Below, piece by piece: positions 46,048 to 54,131 of a stretch of 64,000 bases of DNA. The position numbers and the translations under genes are program-made. Every line of letters begins with the position of its first letter. Position 1 is the first letter of the stretch. Source of the stretch: a virus; the IMG/VR virus record IMGVR_UViG_3300045988_166195, positions 32,001 through 96,000 of that record; one strand, written 5' to 3'. The notes beneath the pieces were generated by a model. It ran no database searches. It was not told the DNA's origin and saw only the letters and a list, made by a program, of their open reading frames with translations.

Positions 46048-46078
46048 CGGGTTGTTTCGCGTGGTTGAAGCAACCCGC
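46048..46078 (+). terminator. Weak hairpin after the RNAP-like gene
   Basis: GCGGGTTG-tttcgcgtggttgaag-CAACCCGC, then TTCCTCTTC. Confidence 0.3.
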
Positions 46079-46113
46079 TTCCTCTTCATGAGCCGGTGTA
46101 TCTTGATATGGCA

Positions 46114-46145
46114 GCGATAGTACAATATACTGATATATGAGTCGA
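46114..46145 (+). promoter_or_regulatory. Variant copy of the recurrent motif (GCGATAGTACAATATACTGATATATGAGTCG) upstream of DDGFEL-tail paralog A
   Basis: Two mismatches to ATATACTGGTATACGAGTCG at 48431. About 30 nt upstream of ATG 46176. Confidence 0.3.
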
Positions 46146-46175
46146 AAACCCGTTCCAAGAAAGGAAATATTTATC

Positions 46176-47387
46176 ATGTCTGTGTCAGCTATGTCAGAGT
46201 GGATGGCGAAGTTCCCCCAGGATTGGGTCGAGATTCGTTATGGTCTTGAGGCTCATGAGTGGGCTGGTTCGCTTTCTGATCGAGTGATGGCGATTATCAA
46301 TAAGAATGACCCCGCACGAGAAGATCGGGTTAATGCATTGCTGCGTGACAATGCTGTGCTTCTTGAAAGAAGGTTTCAGGGTCACAGGCGTCCAGGACCT
46401 GACGAGGACTTTATTGATTATGCCGAGTTCCGTGATGCCATTTCTCATGTTGTAGAAAATGGTATTTCTATTAACGATGAAACCTATTCGCAAATCCATT
46501 ATGTGGATAGTACATGTGTGCGTTCTCCGACAAAGGCGCTGCTGCGTCCGCATCATGAGGTATATCCCAATGCCAACGTACAGGCTTTTTATCGTCGGTC
46601 TTTGCGCGAGGGGAAGCCTTCAAAACCTTCGGATGGATATATCAAAAATGTGTATGGTCTGAGAGGCGATGAATGGACGGGCACATCAGTCGATGTGGGG
46701 GCGATCATCAATGATCGCTCATCGAGGATAGCATCGATAAGGGATCAGCGTGTCAATGATTTCTTGCGTGATCAGGTGGCTGTTTTCGAGATGGGCATGG
46801 AGAAGCTTGAGGCCAAGAACGCAACATATAACGATATGGGAGTAGGTGCTCGTGCTTATGGTTATGATCTGCGTGATGCGATTGAGGAAGCCGTAGAGAA
46901 TGGTATTTTGATTAATGCTGAAACGATGAACGCTATCAAGAGGGTAGAGCATGATTACGTGACTCCATATGTCGGGGAATCGTTGGCGAACCAATATGAC
47001 AAGTTGTATGAGCTTAATGAAGCACGGAAACATCATCATGAGATTGCGCCATCGTTTGCATCATCACATGAAAAGAAGTCTGAGCCAGCGATTCATTCGG
47101 TCATTACCGGTGGAAGTGGTCATGGTAAAGAACAGGTTCAGCTTGCTAACGTTTTGAGCGGACGGATGCCCTCGATGGGTCGCGATACAGACGGCCAGTC
47201 TTTGGCACCGTCTACCCCGTCTCAGGGTTCTCGTCAGGGGTCTATTGGGGCAGCGCTTCCCGGTAGTTCCATTACTGTTGGTCGTCGGACGCCTCGTGTG
47301 TCGCCCACTGCTGGTACGGCTCGTCGTATGGGTATTTCTGAGTCTCAGGTACAGACCCCAAGCGTCGATGACGGTTTCGAGCTGTGA
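46176..47387 (+). CDS. DDGFEL-tail repeat protein, paralog A (404 aa)
   Basis: Shine-Dalgarno GAAAGGAAAT. Contains RYGLEAHEWAGSLSDRVMAIINKNDPAREDRVNALLRDNA and a second copy NVYGLRGDEWTGTSVDVGAIINDRSSRIASIRDQRVNDFLRDQV. Then ILINAETMNAIKRVEHDYV, a Ser/Pro/Gly-rich disordered tail, and ...GSIGAALPGSSITVGRRTPRVSPTAGTARRMGISESQVQTPSVDDGFEL. Slightly lower GC than the neighbours. Confidence 0.55.
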   Translation: MSVSAMSEWMAKFPQDWVEIRYGLEAHEWAGSLSDRVMAIINKNDPAREDRVNALLRDNAVLLERRFQGHRRPGPDEDFIDYAEFRDAISHVVENGISINDETYSQIHYVDSTCVRSPTKALLRPHHEVYPNANVQAFYRRSLREGKPSKPSDGYIKNVYGLRGDEWTGTSVDVGAIINDRSSRIASIRDQRVNDFLRDQVAVFEMGMEKLEAKNATYNDMGVGARAYGYDLRDAIEEAVENGILINAETMNAIKRVEHDYVTPYVGESLANQYDKLYELNEARKHHHEIAPSFASSHEKKSEPAIHSVITGGSGHGKEQVQLANVLSGRMPSMGRDTDGQSLAPSTPSQGSRQGSIGAALPGSSITVGRRTPRVSPTAGTARRMGISESQVQTPSVDDGFEL

Positions 47388-47477
47388 TCGCCATGTGATC
47401 ATGGGTTGACACCATGAAGAAGCAGGTCTCGCCTTCGGGTGGGGCCTGCTTCTTTGTCTGTATACGTTGCAATGGTG

Positions 47478-47499
47478 CGATATACTGGTATACGAGCCA
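47478..47499 (+). promoter_or_regulatory. Recurrent motif GCGATATACTGGTATACGAGCC upstream of paralog B
   Basis: Part of a roughly 40-nt block (TACGTTGCAATGGTGCGATATACTGGTATACGAG) nearly identical to the one at 48415-48450. Confidence 0.4.
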
Positions 47500-47531
47500 A
47501 ACACGTGGCGATGATGGAAAGGAAGGGTGTT

Positions 47532-48344
47532 ATGACGCTTTATTACGATCAGGAAATCAAGGAGTATACCGATGCCGGGATCAGGCGATACAAAGGTCTT
47601 GATCCACATGAAGAGCTGGATGCACCAACCGAGCGGTATGGTCTTGATCCACATGAGTGGACAGGAACATTGGCCGATAAGGTGACAGCGATTATCGGTA
47701 AAAATACGCCCGAGAAGGAAACGCATGTGAATGCGTTGTTGCGCGATGCGGCAAAATCATTTATGAAGAATGCCAAATATGCGGAAATGAATGCCCATAA
47801 TGATGAAACTACCTTTAAGAAGGTAATGTCTGTCAACGGTGATGATTTGCGTGCTGCTATGTCCGAAGCGTCCTTGGGCGGCATTCTTATTAACGATGAA
47901 GCGATGGATGCTATCAAACGTGTGGAAAAGCGTTATCTTTCATATTGGAGTTTTGATTTCGGTTTTGATTCTCTGACGCATGCATACGATGAGCTGTATA
48001 AACTTAATGATGCGCGAGCTCATTTCCGTGAGAGTGCGCAAGTGATGCGAGGTGCTGCGAATACCCCAGCGATTTCAAATCCAGAGTTTGATCGTTTCGC
48101 CCCGCCTCAGGGTTCACGTGTGACGACGGTTCCGCCGCCTGTGCGGTCTGCGCCCTCTATCCCGTCTGCTCTTTCTATGTCCGCTGTGTCCACTCAGCGA
48201 ACTGGTTCTATCCAGGCTGTGCTTCCAGGCAGTGGTATCAAGGTGAGTCGAGCGGCACCTCATGTTCCGCAGACTGCCCGTCGTATGGGTGTTGTTGAGT
48301 CACAGGTGCAGACTCCGAATGTTGATGACGGGTTCGAGTTGTGA
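47532..48344 (+). CDS. DDGFEL-tail repeat protein, paralog B (270 aa)
   Basis: Shine-Dalgarno AAAGGAAGGG then ATG (MTLYYDQEIKEY). RYGLDPHEWTGTLADKVTAIIGKNTPEKETHVNALLRDAA. ILINDEAMDAIKRVEKRYL. Tail ...GSIQAVLPGSGIKVSRAAPHVPQTARRMGVVESQVQTPNVDDGFEL. Confidence 0.55.
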   Translation: MTLYYDQEIKEYTDAGIRRYKGLDPHEELDAPTERYGLDPHEWTGTLADKVTAIIGKNTPEKETHVNALLRDAAKSFMKNAKYAEMNAHNDETTFKKVMSVNGDDLRAAMSEASLGGILINDEAMDAIKRVEKRYLSYWSFDFGFDSLTHAYDELYKLNDARAHFRESAQVMRGAANTPAISNPEFDRFAPPQGSRVTTVPPPVRSAPSIPSALSMSAVSTQRTGSIQAVLPGSGIKVSRAAPHVPQTARRMGVVESQVQTPNVDDGFEL

Positions 48345-48428
48345 CGCTGACGTGATTATGTGATGGGGTAGGTCTTGCTTGAAAGCGGGGCCTACTTCAT
48401 CGTTTTGCCATGTTATCGTTGCAATAGT

Positions 48429-48450
48429 GCGATATACTGGTATACGAGTC
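48429..48450 (+). promoter_or_regulatory. Recurrent motif GCGATATACTGGTATACGAGTC upstream of paralog C
   Basis: Identical core to 47478. About 30 nt upstream of ATG 48480. Confidence 0.4.
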
Positions 48451-48479
48451 GAATGCAACTAAATGAAAGGAAGATGGTC

Positions 48480-49808
48480 ATGTCGACGATATGGTATGAA
48501 GGCCCCACCGATGGCAACATCGAGGGGCGTTACGGTCTCGATTCGCACGAGTGGGTGGGGTCGCTGTCCGATAGGGTGGCGACGATCATTGACAAGGATG
48601 ATCCTTGGAAGGAAACTCATGTGAATGCGCTCTTGCGTGATGGCGTGGAGTTCTATGCGCAGAAGTCGCAGGATCATCCAGAATTGAGTGATGATGATCA
48701 GATGCGCGATGCTATCTCTTATGTGGCGCATAGCGGTGTTCTCATCGATGATGAGACTCTGTTGGCTCTTACGGATGCGGATGACAAGTACGTCATCCCG
48801 TTTGGTGCAGAGTCTTTGATGTACGAATACAACAAGGTGCATCAGCCTGATTACGGACGGATTTATCAGCGTCAGCGTGATGCTGCGCAGTTGCCGTACG
48901 CGGAGGCAACAGACGAAGAGATCAAGGAGCACTATGGCCTTGATCCACATGAGTGGAAAGGGAGTCTTGCCGATAAGGTGATGGCGATTGTTAACAAGAA
49001 TACGCTTGACAAGGAAACGCATGTGAATGCGCTTCTACGTGATGGTGCACGGCTGTTCGCTCAGAATATGGAAGCTCAACCGGTATCGGGTGTGAGTGAA
49101 GATGAGATGAGGTACGCGGTGGAGTCTGGTGGCGATGAACTACGCGCTGCCATCTCTGACGCATCGTGGGCTGGTGTTCTCATCAACGATGAAGCGATGG
49201 AAGCCATCAAGCATGTGGAGAAGGAGTACATCACTGAGTTCGGTGGAGACTCTCTGACGCATGCGTATGATCAGATGCGTAAGCTGAACGATGCACGCGC
49301 TCATTATCGTGAGTCTGCGAAGGAGATGCGTGGCTCTGCGCCTGCTGCGCCTGCTGCGCCTGTTACCCAGGCACCTTCGAGCTTTGATCGTTTCGCCCCG
49401 CCTCAGGGTGCTCGTGTGACGACTGTTCCGTCGCCTGTGCGCACTGTTGGGTCTGCTCGGTCTACTCAGGCAGCTCAGTCTGCACTGTCTGTGCCTCCTA
49501 TTCCGCAACCTCCGAAGACGCCGGGATCCCAGGTTCGCACAGGTGGTCCTGTGCGGGTGGGTAATGTCGCCAAGGACTGGCTGGCTGCGAATGGTCGTGA
49601 CGAGAAGGGTCGGCCTCTTGCGTCTACATCTACGCCGTCTACGCCTCAGGTTCCGGCTCAGCGATCGGGTTCGATCCAGGCTTCGCTTCCTGGTAGCGGT
49701 GTCACCGTGGGTCGATCGACGCCGCGTGTGCCACCCACTGCCCATCGTATGGGTATCCCTGAGCCCCAGGCGCAAACCCCAAGCGTTGATGACGGCTTCG
49801 AGCTGTGA
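48480..49808 (+). CDS. DDGFEL-tail repeat protein, paralog C (442 aa), with two internal copies of the HEW/ETHVNALLRD module
   Basis: Shine-Dalgarno AAAGGAAGATGG then ATG (MSTIWYEG). Module copies RYGLDSHEWVGSLSDRVATIIDKDDPWKETHVNALLRDGV and HYGLDPHEWKGSLADKVMAIVNKNTLDKETHVNALLRDGA. VLINDEAMEAIKHVEKEYI. Pro/Ser-rich linker. Tail ...GSIQASLPGSGVTVGRSTPRVPPTAHRMGIPEPQAQTPSVDDGFEL. Confidence 0.55.
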   Translation: MSTIWYEGPTDGNIEGRYGLDSHEWVGSLSDRVATIIDKDDPWKETHVNALLRDGVEFYAQKSQDHPELSDDDQMRDAISYVAHSGVLIDDETLLALTDADDKYVIPFGAESLMYEYNKVHQPDYGRIYQRQRDAAQLPYAEATDEEIKEHYGLDPHEWKGSLADKVMAIVNKNTLDKETHVNALLRDGARLFAQNMEAQPVSGVSEDEMRYAVESGGDELRAAISDASWAGVLINDEAMEAIKHVEKEYITEFGGDSLTHAYDQMRKLNDARAHYRESAKEMRGSAPAAPAAPVTQAPSSFDRFAPPQGARVTTVPSPVRTVGSARSTQAAQSALSVPPIPQPPKTPGSQVRTGGPVRVGNVAKDWLAANGRDEKGRPLASTSTPSTPQVPAQRSGSIQASLPGSGVTVGRSTPRVPPTAHRMGIPEPQAQTPSVDDGFEL

Positions 49809-49850
49809 CGCGCTTGCGGGGAGATAGAAAGCAATAGAAAGGAGGACAAG

Positions 49851-51512
49851 ATGGCTCGTCCACCTCGTCAACTTCCAGCGCCTCGTTACGGGGGTGAAGT
49901 TGGTCCGCAGAAGGTTCAAGACGAAACTGCGACAATGGCTGTGACCAAGGAGCAGATTTTCGACAAGAAGCCTGAACCTGTTCACGCGGTAGAGCCAAAG
50001 CCTGCGCTCGATTGGGCGCAGCAGCTGAGGCTCGATATGCGCTATCACGCTGATGGGTATCTTCACGCTCTCAGCCAGATAAATCTGAAGACCATGAAGC
50101 GAAAGGCTGACATCGCTTCTCGCATGAACGATCTTCAGGGTAAGCACAAGGCTTATGCGTCGATGATGGTGCTCAGCGCATTGGTACCGTTGAAAGACGG
50201 CGTATCGATGTCGGCTGTGGTTGAATCTGTTGGCATGGGTGTCACTATGTGGATGTTGTCGCCCAACTTCCGCCAACAGGTGAAGTCATTCGCTCGTGAT
50301 GCGCGTATGGCTGTCGAAGACATGGCTGAGGCGCGTCGACGCAGTCAGTCGAAACAGTTGCATGATAAGGCCGATCAACATCGAGAGAAGCATGGTGGTG
50401 AATTGCCGCCCTCTCTGAAGCGTCGTCTGGAGCGTATCGAAGCGAAGGAGCGCAATGGTCGCATCCCGTTCAATGAAGCGAGTGCGGCTTTGACGCATCT
50501 TGGTCTGAGCGAAGCGATGTTCAACCAGATGCGGCAACCGGGTGTGGATCCTGTTGAGGTTCAGGAAGGCTATGCGCACCTGATGGAGCGCTTCTGGGAT
50601 GATGTCCACAAGGACGGCTTGGATCCCGAAAAGGTGAACACCGTCAGTCGTATGCTCATGGGCCAACGGATGCGTTATGAGCCCCACTGGGCGAATGCGT
50701 TCGTTGAAACCGCTCATGGCGAGGTCGATATGGACATGGTGGAGACGGTGGACGCTCAGACGGGTGAACCCCATCGAACGTGGACGGGTATCTGGTCCAC
50801 GCGCATGGGTGAGCCTATCGTGGGAGGTTCTTTCACTGTCCGTCCTCCGTACAACGAGATGCAGCATGAGTTGTCTCTGAGTACGTGCATGGCTCGTGAG
50901 ATGGAGCGTGCAGCGCTGAATGGTAACATTGCGGATCTGAATGAGTCGCTGCTTGCCTACGGTTCTGCGTGGTCTGTTCGAGACAAGAACCTGGACGTGC
51001 ACAGCGTTCCTGGTGCGATGGGTGAGAAGATTCGTCGAGCTCGTCGTGGTCTCGATGCCATGGAATTCGATGGTTTTGACCGCGATCAGCAGCGAGACAT
51101 CTATGCGACATCGTTCGTTCACGCCATGGACATGGTGGCGAAGGCTCACCCGGACATCGAGCGTCACTGGGCGCAGCAGTACGGTTCTCAATGGCGATCG
51201 GAGATGCGAGACTTCGCAGCGACGCCAGAGGAAACATACAACCGGTGGCAACGGGGGGAGTTTTACTCTGATGCACGTGAATCTCCAGGGCATGACAATG
51301 CCCATGTGGATCCGCACACGGAACGAATGAGGGAAGATTCCAAGCGTCGACGCAGCGCGTACAACCGTGCGCGTGACAACCAGGAGTACAACGCTCATGA
51401 GACATCGGCGTTCAAGGCTGAAGACTTTGAACTCAATGATGTCGACGACGAGTTTGACATGGGTGGGTACGATCGACCTAATGACAACGATGGTTTCGAA
51501 CCATCTCTATGA
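49851..51512 (+). CDS. Hypothetical protein (553 aa) ending in ...DRPNDNDGFEPSL
   Basis: Strong Shine-Dalgarno AAAGGAGGACAAG then ATG. Complex composition, no recognised domain. The C-terminal DGFE-containing tail is loosely related to the DDGFEL tails. The 370-aa antisense ORF is an R/H-rich shadow. Confidence 0.5.
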   Translation: MARPPRQLPAPRYGGEVGPQKVQDETATMAVTKEQIFDKKPEPVHAVEPKPALDWAQQLRLDMRYHADGYLHALSQINLKTMKRKADIASRMNDLQGKHKAYASMMVLSALVPLKDGVSMSAVVESVGMGVTMWMLSPNFRQQVKSFARDARMAVEDMAEARRRSQSKQLHDKADQHREKHGGELPPSLKRRLERIEAKERNGRIPFNEASAALTHLGLSEAMFNQMRQPGVDPVEVQEGYAHLMERFWDDVHKDGLDPEKVNTVSRMLMGQRMRYEPHWANAFVETAHGEVDMDMVETVDAQTGEPHRTWTGIWSTRMGEPIVGGSFTVRPPYNEMQHELSLSTCMAREMERAALNGNIADLNESLLAYGSAWSVRDKNLDVHSVPGAMGEKIRRARRGLDAMEFDGFDRDQQRDIYATSFVHAMDMVAKAHPDIERHWAQQYGSQWRSEMRDFAATPEETYNRWQRGEFYSDARESPGHDNAHVDPHTERMREDSKRRRSAYNRARDNQEYNAHETSAFKAEDFELNDVDDEFDMGGYDRPNDNDGFEPSL

Positions 51513-51524
51513 AAGGAGTGACCA

Positions 51525-51857
51525 ATGTTGGGTTTCCCAAAGGATGACGACACGATCGGCGGTCTGTTCGGTGTCAACGAAGAGGATCGTCACGCATGGG
51601 CCAAGGAGCGTCAGATGAGGCTGGAGCGTCAGCAGATGCAAAAGCCTGGTCTGGCGAAGAAGGCAACGATGGCTGCTTACGAAATCGCTGCTGCTGGCAT
51701 CACTTCGCAGATGCGTGCGGCGTACATCGAAGAGGCCCGTGGCACGATGGCGAAAGAGACGACCACGACGACTCGTAGTCAGTCTCGAAATATTGATCCC
51801 GAACTCGAAGAGATTCGACGGGAAGCACCGTCTGGTGGCTACGAATTCGTTGGCTGA
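51525..51857 (+). CDS. Small hypothetical protein (110 aa)
   Basis: Shine-Dalgarno AAAGGAGTGACCA then ATG. Its start overlaps the stop of the upstream gene (ATGAAAGGAGTGACCAATG). Charged, helical composition. Confidence 0.4.
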   Translation: MLGFPKDDDTIGGLFGVNEEDRHAWAKERQMRLERQQMQKPGLAKKATMAAYEIAAAGITSQMRAAYIEEARGTMAKETTTTTRSQSRNIDPELEEIRREAPSGGYEFVG

Positions 51858-51871
51858 TGTGTCGCTACGCT

Positions 51872-51908
51872 GATATATCCCCAGGGGTTCATCCCCTGGG
51901 GATATATT
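51872..51908 (+). terminator. Perfect palindromic hairpin
   Basis: GATATATCCCCAGGGG-ttcat-CCCCTGGGGATATAT, a 16-bp stem immediately after the stop at 51857. Confidence 0.5.
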
Positions 51909-52022
51909 TATGTATCGGTCGGTTAAGCATCGGTGTGTTCCGATATGTTAGACTGATACACGAACATAATCAGAAAGCGGCTATGTGCCGTTACACGTGG
52001 GGAAAGGATGAGAGGTTGGATC

Positions 52023-52373
52023 ATGGCGCTCAAGAAGGACGTACAGAAGAATGTGAGGGTGGATGATGACACCCGTATGACGAAGACGAAGTTGATACAG
52101 GCCGTATCGAAGCGTACGGGTATCGATAGCGCTACAGTGCGAGCTGTGTATGCAGCTATCGTCGATGAAATCATCACGACGACCCGTTCTGGCCGATCAG
52201 TTATGCTGACGGGATTCGGTCGTTTCTACCGGCTACATAAGGCCGGTCACACCGTGCAGTTCACCAAGTCGGGTACAGGCGCGGTTCCTGGTTACGACGT
52301 GCTGAAGTTTTCGGCCTCGTCGACGCTGAATCGATCATTGACAAGCGAGTCGAACGAGTCAGATGATCATTGA
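52023..52373 (+). CDS. HU/IHF-family histone-like DNA-binding protein
   Basis: MALKKDVQKN...TKTKLIQAVSKRTGIDSATVRAVYAAIVDEIITTTRSGRSVMLTGFGRFYRLHKAGHTVQFTKSGTGAVPGYDVLKFSASSTLNRSL. This is the classic HU layout (K..LI..V.......V......GF.F.....R.GRNP.TG). Shine-Dalgarno GGAAAGGATGAGAGG. Confidence 0.7.
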   Translation: MALKKDVQKNVRVDDDTRMTKTKLIQAVSKRTGIDSATVRAVYAAIVDEIITTTRSGRSVMLTGFGRFYRLHKAGHTVQFTKSGTGAVPGYDVLKFSASSTLNRSLTSESNESDDH

Positions 52374-52448
52374 TCACTGGTCAGTTGTATGATCGTGAAA
52401 ACAAAGCCCTGAGCACGCGATGTGCCCAGGGCTTTGTTCATGTGGGGG

Positions 52449-53606
52449 TCATTGAGAGATGGATCCATTGATCTCGACATATGTCGTCTGCACACTTGTT
52501 TGATCAGGTTGCTTTTCCCACATGATCCATCCATTCGTCAACAATTCTCGATTACTGTCGCGTTCTTTCCATCTAAACGATAGCCAGAACGATGGTCCGT
52601 TGAGAATGGATTCCCTCGTATCGGCGGGTAGTCGTGACAATCGGTGTGTCGCATATTTGACGACATCATCAATCGTATACCGGTAGCCATGCACTGCCGC
52701 CCCTTGGAACTTCACAGATGTGGTAAACATCTGAGGTTCTATTTCTCCAATGTGAATATCGTGGCGATCGAATTTCATTCGATAGCTATTGGTGCGAGAT
52801 GTTGTATCGTCATCTGAAGTAGCGAAGATGGATACCAACGTGCGCACTTCCGATTCACTAGATGCAGTGATGTCGACTGCGCCTTCCACAATTGATGTTG
52901 TCGGATGCTCTCTCATTATATCGAGAAGCTTATCTCGAAATTCGATAGCATCTGCTTCATTGAAATTCTCTAGGTAATAGAGATAGCCACGCCCATGGGG
53001 TTTCGCGAAGTATACAAGATCGTCGATGTCGTATTGTGAAAGCTCACCGATGATTGCCTCGTTGTTCTTGAACCTTGTCATGAAATTGGTGATTCCGGTA
53101 CGAGTGTAGTCGGCATACTTCCATGACGAAAAGCCCCATTGATCCAGTAGGTCAACAGTGAGATCTCTGCGGTCGTAGTACATGGTGTCCAAAATCGCAG
53201 AGTATAGTGCTGTTCCCTTGCTTTTTTGGATGAGGGTTTGCCCACGTGCGATGAATGAGTCCTCTGTCGTGAATTCTTTCCACGTGACGACAACGGTCAA
53301 CTCTTTGTCTGTGAGTTGTTGGATTTTGGGGCCCATATCTTTTTGCTTGTGGCGTCGACCAATTACATCGAACATATCGATGAGGTTGTTGCGATAGTCG
53401 TTGCGACCTGTCGCCTCAAAGGGAATGCCGTAACACATTTTGTCGTCAGGCTGAGGACTCCATAGAGTAATTTTGGGACCAATCTTTGTTGACCACTCAT
53501 ACTGTTTGGGGTGCAGTTCATTAACGATGTTGATAAACGTTTGGGCTACGTCTAACGATTCAGCAGTGATGTGAAAGTATCCTTTCACTGTGGTTGAGAC
53601 TACCAT
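52449..53606 (-). CDS. Hypothetical protein (385 aa), lower GC than the surroundings; candidate accessory or abortive-infection-type cargo
   Basis: Long ORF with complex composition (W/Y/F/K-rich, unlike the R/L-rich shadows). An AGG-rich Shine-Dalgarno region lies upstream. Local AT content is visibly higher than the flanks. No recognisable motif. Confidence 0.5.
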   Translation of the reverse strand: MVVSTTVKGYFHITAESLDVAQTFINIVNELHPKQYEWSTKIGPKITLWSPQPDDKMCYGIPFEATGRNDYRNNLIDMFDVIGRRHKQKDMGPKIQQLTDKELTVVVTWKEFTTEDSFIARGQTLIQKSKGTALYSAILDTMYYDRRDLTVDLLDQWGFSSWKYADYTRTGITNFMTRFKNNEAIIGELSQYDIDDLVYFAKPHGRGYLYYLENFNEADAIEFRDKLLDIMREHPTTSIVEGAVDITASSESEVRTLVSIFATSDDDTTSRTNSYRMKFDRHDIHIGEIEPQMFTTSVKFQGAAVHGYRYTIDDVVKYATHRLSRLPADTRESILNGPSFWLSFRWKERDSNRELLTNGWIMWEKQPDQTSVQTTYVEINGSISQ

Positions 53607-53680
53607 GGTTGACCTCTTTCGTTATTGTGCGCTCACTACTGTGAGTCTGATGTGGGTGCGTTTATTTAGTGCACCACAAT

Positions 53681-54034
53681 TCAGTCAAGGCCGAGAGCGA
53701 CAGCGATACCGTCCTGAATGGTCTCCAGCTCATGGTCTTCCACATGGCCGATGCGGCTCGTGAGTCGTGACTTATCGACGTTTGCCACCTGATTGCACAC
53801 AGCAATTGATTCTCGGCTGTTGACGTGAACCGTGGGGTTGGTGGTGTTGGTACGACGCTGCTTGTTCGGGGACGTGAGATAAACGACCTGGACGACACCA
53901 GATCGCTGGTTGATACCATCGTTGCTCACGATAACGGCAGGTCGTCCAGACCAGATTTCATTGCCAACAGTTCCGCCACCGGGGACGGGTGCGGCTTCGA
54001 CGAACCAAATGTCGCCTTGGCGGATAGCACGCAT
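53681..54034 (-). CDS. MazF/PemK/Kid-fold toxin-like protein (117 aa) with no visible antitoxin gene
   Basis: MRAIRQGDIWFVEAAPVPGGGTVGNEIWSGRPAVIVSNDGINQRSGVVQVVYLTSPNKQRRTNTTNPTVHVNSRESIAVCNQVANVDKSRLTSRIGHVEDHELETIQDGIAVALGLD. It matches the GDIw..dl.p..G.E...RPavVvS.d..N...........piTS.........v.v..........a.c.Q.r.idk.Rl....G.l.......i......l.gl pattern of MazF/PemK. Confidence 0.65.
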   Translation of the reverse strand: MRAIRQGDIWFVEAAPVPGGGTVGNEIWSGRPAVIVSNDGINQRSGVVQVVYLTSPNKQRRTNTTNPTVHVNSRESIAVCNQVANVDKSRLTSRIGHVEDHELETIQDGIAVALGLD

Positions 54035-54095
54035 GTGCGCTCCTTTCGAGTAGGGGGGGGGTAGGGGGGGGTTGAGTAGATAGAGTGTGAGGGTG

Positions 54096-54131
54096 CCACA
54101 TTGCCCCTGGGATTTCCCAGGGGCAATGTGG
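54096..54131. other. Perfect 36-bp palindrome (hairpin or operator) between the helicase gene stop and the mazF-like start, flanked by two TAGGGGGGGG tracts
   Basis: CCACATTGCCCCTGG-gattt-CCCAGGGGCAATGTGG. A 15-bp stem with a 6-nt loop. Upstream, AGTAGGGGGGGGGTAGGGGGGGGTTGAGTAG holds two G8-9 runs. Confidence 0.45.

Noticed and set aside
40859-46073. Minus-strand ORFs 41073-42251, 42777-44480 and 44559-46073, and smaller ones inside the RNAP-like gene
   Set aside because: All are antisense to a frame that carries unmistakable RpoB and RpoC motifs. They are Arg/His/Leu/Thr-rich with no start signals.
49140-51398. Minus-strand ORFs 49140-50276 and 50286-51398
   Set aside because: Antisense to paralog C and to the 553-aa gene. 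R/H/T-rich, and the plus-strand genes have strong Shine-Dalgarno sequences.
54035-54095. Possible MazE-type antitoxin ORF upstream of the mazF-like gene
   Set aside because: Only about 120 nt separate the mazF-like start from the helicase stop. No ORF of antitoxin size (about 70-90 aa) exists in any frame. The spacer holds a palindrome and G-tracts instead.
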